This document shows positions 40,701 through 50,348 of a DNA stretch of 64,000 bases, one piece after another; the stretch's first letter is position 1; each line of letters starts with the position of its first letter. The DNA lies in contig NC_047019.1 in NCBI RefSeq assembly GCF_902652985.1, positions 38,316,001-38,380,000 on the forward strand, read 5' to 3'. A program made the translations under genes and the position numbers. Source of the DNA: Pecten maximus (lineage: Eukaryota). Below the pieces are notes generated by a model. The model searched no databases and was not told the DNA's origin. It saw nothing but the letters and a program-made list of their open reading frames with translations.

Positions 40701-40870
40701 CCGCGGGGTGGGGCTGGCAGGGTTCAGTCTTTAGGTAGAGAGGTTGGGGATGGAGGGGTTAAGTATTAGGTAGGTAGGACATGGCAGTAACACATTACCT
40801 CGGTTCCTCCGGCCCCAGACACAGACACTGCCAGCACCAACAATACAGCAAATACAAATACAATCTTCAT
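28486..40870 (-). CDS. Spliced gene: secreted pleiotrophin/midkine (miple)-like heparin-binding protein with four PTN/MK C-terminal-type modules; join(40799-40870, 32366-32497, 31314-31457, 29747-29899, 28486-28751), about 255 aa if the +1 frame problem in the first exon is corrected
   Basis: Four exons each carry C-[KRQ]-Y-x(6-10)-C...C...C, are bounded by canonical splice sites and splice in frame. The module matches the PTN/MK C-domain pattern (CKY...W..CD..T..KTRT..L......C.......C). The protein has a Lys/Arg-rich C-terminus and a hydrophobic N-terminal leader exon. Confidence 0.85.
28845..29150. repeat. Intronic minisatellite, 30-bp unit (tatttcctgtccaatatgtacctacatatg)
   Basis: Direct periodicity. 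Confidence 0.9.
29747..29899 (-). CDS. PTN/MK-like module 3 exon (NMKCQYGKRVIGECNLATNTMVISFPLLPGQNPACPEKNKTKPCRKMKNK)
   Basis: Acceptor tgtgtttcag|tc, donor a|gtaagc, 153 nt, phase 1-1. CQY..GEC.L.T...C......KPC resembles the PTN C-domain. Confidence 0.88.
29910..30125. repeat. Intronic ~42-bp tandem repeat (cagaaatgatttacaagattacagtacaacaaacagaccaat)
   Basis: About 5 copies adjoining the module 3 acceptor. Confidence 0.85.
30960..31250. repeat. Intronic minisatellite, ~27-bp unit (ttaaaccttcgaacttcaaacataaac)
   Basis: Direct periodicity. Confidence 0.92.
31314..31457 (-). CDS. PTN/MK-like module 2 exon (VCKYGAAIVGPCDPINRTMEIRKPLIPGPDQQCEPFKIKTKRCKPNK)
   Basis: Acceptor ttattggttacag|gt, donor g|gtaact, 144 nt, phase 1-1. 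Same four-Cys spacing as module 1. Confidence 0.88.
31590..31980. repeat. Intronic minisatellite, 55-56-bp unit (gtttcagacttgactgaccttacattggactggcagttgtgaaggcctatgaggg)
   Basis: 7 copies. Confidence 0.93.
32000..32286. repeat. Intronic minisatellite, 54-bp unit (tgtgaaggaatgcatgttatatttgacttgaccttggactgacagtgtggggtc)
   Basis: About 5 copies. Confidence 0.9.
32366..32497 (-). CDS. PTN/MK-like module 1 exon (CRYSKKARWSDCDPVTRTKTRTLQPKPNNQPDCSAPKVQTRDC)
   Basis: Acceptor tattttgtttcag|gc, donor a|gtaggt, 132 nt, phase 1-1. Contains the canonical CRY..W..CD..T.TKTRTL motif. Confidence 0.9.
32547..34418. repeat. Intronic minisatellite, 51-bp unit (cctactccctaccattatagaatgtctgtcctctattcccctgtcgaccca), about 36 copies
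   Basis: Direct periodicity; source of the 498-aa repeat ORF. Confidence 0.98.
35262..35522. repeat. Minisatellite, 29-bp unit (ctaagtgcaacagtgaatatcattggtca), 9 copies
   Basis: Direct periodicity. Confidence 0.93.
35745..36975. repeat. Minisatellite, 51/52-bp unit (gagcatgtcattggtaactcatgagcagaatgtatttaacaaactcacagct)
   Basis: Direct periodicity. Confidence 0.97.
37722..40772. repeat. G-rich minisatellite, 35-bp unit (ggggttaagtattaggtatagaggtgggggatgga), heavily A->C altered internally
   Basis: Clean units at 37730-37880, 38980-39080 and 40740-40770. In between, units read ggggttccgtcttcggtctcgcggtgggggctggc. Confidence 0.92.
40799..40870 (-). CDS. Signal-peptide exon of the PTN/MK-like gene (MKIVFVFAVLLVLAVSVSG-A...)
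   Basis: Acceptor ttgtttattgcag lies one base before the ATG at 40870. The peptide has a basic n-region, a hydrophobic h-region and a VSG/A cleavage motif. Donor is gag|gtaatg. As written it ends in phase 0 while the next exon needs phase 1. Confidence 0.7.
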
Positions 40871-41747
40871 TCTGCAATAAACAATGGGTGGATGTTGTTG
40901 TACATTTCCAATATATAAAATAAGATAGTGTGTAAAACACAGGAAGCTGTAAGATTTACATTAGTTTTCTATAACCTCCCGTATGTTATATCTTCACTAC
41001 AATAAAACATTTACATTAAAGGGATATTTCAGACAAGTTTTAGATTTAATTTTTTTATTTATATGAAATTTGCACAAAAACATCTCAAGTTGTATGCCCC
41101 CATTTATCTAAAACAAACATAATATTCAATTGATGGTAATTCTTTGTAGATCTAGCTGTTGGCCCTGATTGCATCATAATAGATTTGTTTTGTATTAGCC
41201 AAACAGACAGTAAAACAATAGTTGTGTACATTATAAAATTGACAGGAAATAAGCCTTGTACAATGAAAATTCAATCCCAGCAGAAAGTATAATTTAACAG
41301 TGTATACACAAAATACTTCATAAAATCTATGATCCAGTGACCCTTCAGTTCCAGATTTTCTATAATGAGCTATGTCTAGTCAGTCTAATTACACACTGTA
41401 TATATTGACCAGGGGTCACCAATTTCGCTTGTCCAAATTGACCGCAGGAAATTTTTTTTAAGCTTACAGTATAGTTCTAAAAGTCTAGAGAGTGTTCTTA
41501 AATGTAGAGAACTATTACAGTAATGAAATTAAGAAAGGATCACAATATACAAAACATGTATTTATACATTTGCTCCGCATTTCCCCATTGACACAATGCT
41601 AAGAGGCAGTTGCCACCATACGCCTATAACACCCAGTGCCTCAGGCTATAACACCCAGTGGGTCATGTGACATTAAAAAAGGCAGGATTTTTTTGTTTTA
41701 GTTTAGTTTTTTTCAAAGTTGACAAAAATGGTAAGACAATGTAAATA

Positions 41748-41916
41748 TAAGTATTGAACAGTGGTTTTAATGTTGTTATAGTCGATATGGCAGCAAGATG
41801 TATGGTGGGCAAATGTAGCAGCATGGAAACCCTAACGGGTTCCCATACCATTTGCCCACCATACATCTTGTTGCCATATCGACAATAACAACATTAAAAC
41901 CACTGTTCATTGCTTA
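41748..41916. mobile_element. Palindromic (foldback) MITE-like element, about 170 bp
   Basis: Arms of about 68 bp (taagtattgaacagtggttttaatg...gggcaaatg and catttgccc...cactgttcattgctta) enclose an inner stem atggaaaccc-taac-gggttcccat. TA occurs at both ends. Confidence 0.75.
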
Positions 41917-42114
41917 AGTAAAAAGGGCTCGTTTTGTAAACGAACATTCAGTTGAAGGTTCACTCAGATTTTAGCACATTTCTACATTTTGATAGATAAG
42001 CATATTGATGAATCGCCCTCAAAATTTTTTAGAATAGAAATAATTATATGTAGAAAGTGTAATTAGCACAACTGTAATTATGAGTGATGCATTCAGCATG
42101 ACTAACTCTAAAAT

Positions 42115-42508
42115 AAGATTACCCCTAAAATATATGTACATTGACAGTATGTTATTATTTGGTTACCCCTAAAATATATGTACATTGACAGTATGTTATT
42201 ATTAGGTTACCCCTAAAATATATGTACATTGACAGTATATATGTTATTATTTGGTTACCCCTAAAATATATGTACATTGACAGTATGTTATTGTTTGGTT
42301 ACCTCTAAAATATATGTACATTGACAGTATGTTATTATTTGGTTACCCCTAAAATATATGTACATTGACAGTATGTTATTATTTGGTTACCCCTAAAATA
42401 TATGTTCATTGACAGTATCTTATTATTTGGTTACCCCTAAAATATATGTACATTGACAGTATGTTATTATTAGGTTACCCCTAAAATATATGTACATTGA
42501 CAGTATGT
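42115..42508. repeat. Minisatellite, 44-bp unit (ggttacccctaaaatatatgtacattgacagtatgttattattt), 9 copies
   Basis: Direct periodicity. Confidence 0.95.
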
Positions 42509-43304
42509 ATTTTTGAAGTATTTCTATCTGTATAGCAAGCATGTTCTTTAACTTTATGCTAAGTGGAATAATTTTGACTTACTTACATTCCAAAAATTGA
42601 TTTAAAAATGTTCAGTTCTGATAAAAAGGTAATCAAATATCAATTGATTCCAGCATTTTGCATGATTTGAGAAGGTCGTGAAATCAGATAGACATGATGG
42701 AATCAGGTGAGTCGGCAAGTCGTCAGAAATTATACTCAAAGACAGCATATCGGGATTAGCGAACAGCTGGGTGCATTCAAATGCTGCTACTGATTTCTAC
42801 CACTACTCAAGTTAACATTCCGAGTGATTTAGTTTGAGGAAGCAAATCAGAGAACCAAATTCGACATTTATTGATTTCCTTTCAAAACTGAATGCAGACT
42901 TAAGGAAGTTTAGAATAACATAAATATTGCCACTTGTCATGAATAAATAGCTCTGAAATAGTGTAAAATTAATTGAATGGATTAAGAGAAAGGAAATGGA
43001 GCCTGATTATTTTTATTCCTGACACATATTTGTAACAACATTGGTAATGGTATCACCATGTTTGTGTAAATCATGCGTATCAAACACCAAGACTAATATC
43101 ACTGCAATCAAACAATTCTCATATCATTCACTCAACCTCATGTATGCCTTGAAACTATCCCATCTGATTTTGCCAAAATTAACCACTCCATGCTTTCCAT
43201 CATCAAATACCAATGTGTAAACCACTCCATTCCCCCACCCCCACCCCAATACAAATTGAAACGAGTCAAGGCAGTAAATCTGGAAATGAATCCATGTTCC
43301 ATCA

Positions 43305-46300
43305 ACTGATAAACCACTCCATGTTGTCCCCAAGCAGATACCACTGTAAACCACTCCATGATTTCCCCACCAGATACCACTATAAACCACTCCATGATTT
43401 CCCCACCAGACACCACTACAAACCACTCCATGATTTCCCCAACTAGATATCACTATAAACCACTCCAAAACCACTCCATGATTTCCTCACCAGACACCAC
43501 TATAAACCACTCCAAAACCACTCCATGATTTCCCCACCAGACACCACTATAAACCACTCCATGATTTCCCCACCAGATACCACTATAAAACACTCCATGA
43601 TTTCCCCACCAGACACCACTATAAAACACTCCATGATTTCCCCACCAGACACCACTATAAACCACTCCATGTTGTCCCCACCAGATACCACTATAAAACA
43701 CTCCATGATTTCCCCACCAGACACCACTATAAACCACTCATGATTTCCCCACCAGACACCACTATAAACCACTCCATGATTTCCCCACAGATACCACTAT
43801 AAAACACTCCATGATTTCCCCACCAGATACCACTATAAACCACTCCATGATTTCCCCACCAGATACCACTGTAAACCACTCCATGATTTCCCCACAGATA
43901 CCACTATAAACCACTCCATGATTTCCCCACAGATACGACTATAAACCACTCCATGATTTCCCCACCAGATACCACTGTAAACCACTCCATGATTTCCCCA
44001 CCAGATACCACTGTAAACCACTCCATGATTTCCCCACCAGATACCACTATAAACCACTCCATGTTGTCCCCAAGCAGATACCACTGTAAACCACTCCATG
44101 ATTTCCCCACCAGATACCACTATAAACCACTCCATGATTTCCCCACCAGACACCACTATAAACCACTCCATGATTTCCCCACCAGACACCACTACAAACC
44201 ACTCCATGTTGTCCCCAAGCAGATACCACTATAAACCACTCCATGATTTCCCCACAGATACCACTATAAACCACTCCATGATTTCCCCATAGATACCACT
44301 GTAAACCACTCCATGATTTCCCCACCAGACGCCACTATAAACCACTCCATGATTCCCCCAATATAAACCACTCCAAAACCACTCCATGATTTCCCCACCA
44401 GATACCACTATGAACCACTCATGATTTCCATAGATACCACTATAAACCACTCCATGATTTCCCCACCAGACACCACTATAAACCACTCCAAAACCACTCC
44501 ATGATTCCCCCAATATAAACCACTCCAAAACCACTCCATGATTTCCCCACCAGATACCACTATGAACCACTCATGATTTCCATAGATACCACTATAAACC
44601 ACTCATGATTTCCCCACCAGATACCACTATAAACCACTCCATGATTTCACCACCAGACACCACTACAAACCACTCCATGATTTCCCCACCAGACACCACT
44701 ATAAACCACTCCATGATTCCCCCACTATAAACCACTCCAAAACCACTCCAAAACCACTCCATGATTTCCCCACCAGACACCACTATAAACCACTCCATGA
44801 TTTCCCCACCTGACACCACTACAAACCACTCCATGATTTCCCCACAGACACCACTATAAACCACTCCATGATTTCCCCACCAGACATCACTATAAACCAC
44901 TCCATGATTTCCCCACCAGACACCACTGTAAACCACTCCATGATTTCCCCACCAGACACCACTATAAACCACTCCATGATTTCCCCACCAGATACCACTA
45001 TAAACCACTCCATGATTTCCCCACCAGATACCACTGTAAACCACTCCATGATTTCCCCACTAGACACCACTATAAACCACTCCATGATTTCCCCACCAGT
45101 TACCACTGTAAACCACTCCATGATTTCCCCAGCAAATACCACTATAAACCACTCAGGATTTCCCCACAGATACCACTATAAACCACTCCATGATTTCCCC
45201 ACCAGACACCACTATAAACCACTCCATGATTTCCCCACCAGACACCACTCTAAATCACTCCAAAACCACTCCATGATTTCCCCACCAGATACCACTATAA
45301 ACCACTCCATGTTGTCCCCAAGCAGATACCACTGTAAACCACTCCATGATTTCCCCACCAGATACCACTATAAACCACTCCATGATTTCCCCACCAGACA
45401 CCACTATAAACCACTCCATGATTTCCCCACCAGACACCACTATAAACCACTCCATGATTTCCCCACCAGACACCACTATAAACCAATCCATGTTGTCCCC
45501 AAGCAGATACCACTATAAACCACTCCATGATTTCCCCACAGATACCACTATAAACCACTCCATGATTTCCCCATAGATACCACTGTAAACCACTCCATGA
45601 TTTCCCCACCAGACGCCACTATAAACCACTCCAAAACCACAACATGATTCCCCCAATATAAACCACTCCAAAACCACTCCATGATTTCCCCACCAGATAC
45701 CACTATGAACCACTCATGATTTCCATAGATACCACTATAAACCACTCCATGATTTCCCCACCAGACACCACTATAAACCACTCCAAAACCACTCCATGAT
45801 TCCCCCAATATAAACCACTCCAAAACCACTCCATGATTTCCCCACCAGATACCACTATGAACCACTCATGATTTCCATAGATACCACTATAAACCACTCA
45901 TGATTTCCCCACCAGATACCACTATAAACTACTCCATGATTTCACCACCAGACACCACTACAAACCACTCCATGATTTCCCCACCAGACACCTCTATAAA
46001 CCACTCCATGATTCCCCCACTATAAACCACTCCAAAACCACTCCATGATTTCCCCACCAGACACCACTATAAACCACTCCATGATTTCCCCACCAGACAC
46101 CACTACAAACCACTCCATGATTTCCCCACAGACACCACTATAAACCACTCTATGATTTCCCCACCAGACATCACTATAAACCACTCCATGATTTCCCCAC
46201 CAGATACCACTGTAAACCACTCCATGTTGTCCCCAAGCAGATACCACTATAAACCACTCCATGATTTCCCCACCAGACACCACTATAAACCACGTCATGA

Positions 46301-47275
46301 TTTCCCCACCAGATACCACTATAAACCACTCCATGATTTCCCCACCAGACACCACTATAAAACACTCCATGATTTCCCCACCAAATACCACTATAAACCA
46401 CTCCATGATTTCCCCACAGATACCACTATAAACCCACTAGACACCACTATAAACCACTCCATGATTTCCCCACCAGATACCACTATAAACCACTCCATGA
46501 TTTCCCCACAGATACCACTACAAACCACTCCATGATTTCCCCACCAGATACCACTATAAGCCACTCATGATTTCCCCACCAGACACCACTATAAACCACT
46601 CCATGATTTCCCCACCAGACACCACTATAAACCACTCCATGATTTCCCCACCAGACACCACTATAAACCACTCCATGATTTCCCCACCAGACACCACTAT
46701 AAACCACTCCATGATTTCCCCACCAGACACCACTATAAACCACTCCATGATTTCCCCACAGATACCACTATAAACCACTCCATGATTTCCCCACCAGACA
46801 CCACTATAAACCACTCCATGATTTCCCCACCAGACACCACTCTAAATCACTCAAAAACCACTCCATGATTTCCCCACCAGATACCACTATAAACCACGCC
46901 ATGATTTCCCCACAGACACCACTATAAACCACTCCATGATTTCCCCACCAGACACCACTATAAACCACGTCATGATTTCCCAACCAGATACCACTATAAA
47001 CCACTCCATGATTTCCCCACCAGACACCACTATAAACCACTCCATGATTTCCCCACCAGACACCACTATAAACCACTCCATGATTTCCCCACCAGATACC
47101 ACTATAAACCACTCCATGATTTCCCCACAGATACCACTGTAAACCACTCATGATTTCCCCACTAGACACCACTATAAACCACTCCATGATTTCCCCACCA
47201 GACACCACTATAAACCACTCCATGATTTCCCCACCAGATACCACTATAAACCACTCCATGATTTCCCCAACCACT
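43305..47275. repeat. Minisatellite, 36-bp unit (ataaaccactccatgatttccccaccagacaccact), about 110 copies
   Basis: Direct periodicity. Confidence 0.98.
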
Positions 47276-48297
47276 TTAAATGACAGCATGATCCCCCACC
47301 AAATAGGAAACCATTGCATGTCTTTCTATCAAAGATACCATGAACAATTGAACTGAATTAGAAATAATACCACGGCTTCAAGACAAGGCTTACAAATAGA
47401 ACTGTACAATTGTTCTTTGATTGTATATAATACTGATGATGGCTTCCAACTCCTTACTGCTTCCCATTTAAGGAAGAGAGTATGAGTCTAACTTTATTGA
47501 CTTCAGTATGTCTCTATTAGGGGATAACACATTTCGCAATTCGATTGATGCTTAACAAAAAAGCTATTACCAGGGAAAGAATTAGGAAATGAAAAGGTAG
47601 GGAGGGGAAGATAAACTTAACATCAGGACCATTTATACTACAATAATGTAGCAGATATATTTTAGTCACTAGCTGTCACCTGGTAAATATATATTTATAC
47701 TAGTATATATATATATATAGCAAAGGGTTCTAACTACAGTTTAACATACAGTGGGTAAAATAGATAGATTGGGGTGAGCGAACTCTTCTGTGTCTGTGTA
47801 CTAACACACATCTATTGCTAGGTAACCACTAATGTCAACAGAGTGCAGTACCTCATACAATTCTTCCCTCGTCCCTTATAAAACAATTACTGTCACAGAA
47901 TATTTGTGTAAGGCCATGCATTACCCATTACAGCACTGACTTGGATACAGAATTCCAAGAAAAACAGATTAGATTCAAACTAATGTTTCATAAAATGCTT
48001 CTCAAAGTGACTTTACTGTACCACAGACATGGTGGAACCTTGTGGTTCCTGTAGCATGTTGTGTTGGGTTTAATTTGACAATCTATTCAAACTTGGATGG
48101 ATCTACTTGAAACTGCATCAAACTTTCAAGTGAAAAGTATGGTACACTTCCAATCAAACTTTTTCATCTACCTGGTAATAAAATGTTAACTATAATAAGA
48201 ATAACTGATGGATACTAAAAATAAAAACCCCAAAACCACAAATCAAATCTACCTGTTATTCCATTCCTCTTCTGATTCTAATGTATCAATTCAATTA

Positions 48298-48565
48298 ACA
48301 CACTACAATGGGTGGTAACTTACACCCACACTACAATGGGTGGTAACTTACACCCACACTACAATGGGTGGTAACTTACACCCACACTACAATGGGCGGT
48401 AACTTACACCCACACTACAATGGGCGGTAACTTACACCCACACTACAATGGGCGGTAACTTACACCCACACTACAATGGGTGGTAACTTACACCTACACT
48501 ACAATGGGTGGTAACTTACACCCACACTACAATGGGTGGTAACTTACACCCACACTACAATGGGT
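48298..48565. repeat. Minisatellite, 28-bp unit (acactacaatgggtggtaacttacaccc)
   Basis: About 9.5 copies. Confidence 0.95.
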
Positions 48566-48677
48566 ACTGCTAGTCGATATGAACCAGATGGAATGTTCCA
48601 GTTTTATACAAAGGTCAAGAAAGTACCTAAAATGCATTTGGACATAATATTGGTGTGTAATCAGTAAACAGTACTAA

Positions 48678-49873
48678 ATCGAGTTAAAGAAGAGAATCTC
48701 TACTCAAGTTGGACATGCTCACTAAGAGGTTCCAAAGACATGCTACTGATTTGATAACTGTATGGGAAGGGGATAGTAAATTAAGTTTGATGTGTCCAAA
48801 CTCCCAGCAGTGTTGCCTACACTGATGACCATTCAGGAAGGAATCAATGATAACACATTATATGATAACATACTATTTAACAACACACTATATGACAAGA
48901 GGCCCAAAGGGCCTGCATCACTCATGTGGATGTTTCAGTAATTATGGAAAAATATTTTAAGTTACATTTCAAAAATTTTTCTACCTTAATTGCTGCATCT
49001 TCCAACCATGGTTTAAAGTTTGTTTGTTTGTTTTTTTTCTATTTTGCAACCTTCCCCTTTTAGGCCCCCTCTCTCCAGCTCTAAGGGACCCATACCCTAC
49101 ATTAGATCCCCTTAGCCCAAATATGCTTCTGGCTAAATTTCATCAAAATCCATTTAGTCATTTAGGACAAGTAGGGATTTTAACGATTTACTCCAATTTC
49201 CCCTATCGGGCCCTGCCCCTCTGGCCCTTTGGGGGTCAGACTTTTCATTAATATAGCCATATATAGTTTATGACTAATAGCGATTTAAAGCAAATGTTGA
49301 TGCACGACGGACGGACAGACAGATGCCGCACCATGGCATAAGCTCATGAGCTTAATAACACACTATACAATAACACACTATATAATAACATGTTATTTGA
49401 CAACACACTATATAATTCTCCTAGAGTGATTTGTACAGCATTAAAGAGAACAGATGACAGGGAATAGACTGCTGTCTACAAGGACCAAAATGAATGTTGC
49501 TGGGCTATAACCATGGCTGACAATTTTACATGTCGATGACACTCAATTACTGTCCAAAATCCCTCGTGATAAAGTTCAGGAGCTGGAAAATTATTTCGCT
49601 CATTTTTCACTTTGCTAGTGATGGCTTTGGGTTAAGTCATATGATGAAAGGTCTCCCAGGTTTATTCATGGCTGAATCTCACAGTATACCTAAAGTTGAT
49701 CGATTGATTTCTTCCTGAATGGTCATCAGTGTATGGAACACTGCTGGGAGTTTGGACACATCAAACTTAATTTACTATCCCCTTCCAGTACAGTTATCAA
49801 ATCAGTAGCATGTCTTTGGAACCTCTTAGTGAGCATGTCCAACTTGAGTAGAGATTCTCTTCTTTAACTCGAT
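48678..49873. repeat. Long inverted repeat: 171-bp arms (48678-48848 and 49703-49873) around an 854-bp spacer
   Basis: The arms are reverse complements with about 5 mismatches by manual alignment. Confidence 0.92.
48895..49353 (-). mobile_element. Short, decayed relative of the same HINE family
   Basis: Starts acaagaggcccaaagggcctg, contains 1-2 degenerate monomer remnants (ggggtcaga, tttatgactaatagcgattt) and a gacggacggac tract, and ends ccatggcataagctcatgagctt. Confidence 0.8.
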
Positions 49874-50348
49874 AAGCTGGATCTGTAGAACTTCCACAGG
49901 AGAGCAGTTATTATATAGTTTTGTATACATGCATTGTTCTCGGTATACAAACAAGACTTTACTAATATGGCCCGATTGCATCCAACTTTAATTACAGAAA
50001 CAGCAATAAGTTTCTGAGGCATAAAAACTAGGTCACAGTGATCAAATTTAATGTCATATATACAGGTATTGTTGATATCATGACAATACAACATGTCTAC
50101 ACCGCAATAGTGCCATCTACCTTGATACTATGGCTGATCAAGCTGCCATCACAGTAATTGTAGCAATAACTGTATTCAACCAACTACATTATAAAGTTTT
50201 GTATGCAGAATAAATAAGTCCCTTTTTCCCTGAAATTTTTAGCTAGTAGGCAAAACATATCTGTAACACAAGAATTACACATGATCATATAGTCCTGTCC
50301 AGCTTTGTCACTTTAGTAAGTTTTAAGCAGACTCCAAAATTCACAAAA

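Noticed and set aside
38036-40769. GC-rich Gly/Trp/Arg ORFs suggesting a bacterial or viral insert or CpG island
   Set aside because: The GC and CpG richness comes from A->C alteration of the flanking 35-bp repeat; it is not foreign coding DNA.
41016-41060. ttaa-agggata start suggesting a TTAA-targeting (Kolobok-like) transposon end
   Set aside because: I found no matching inverted terminus.
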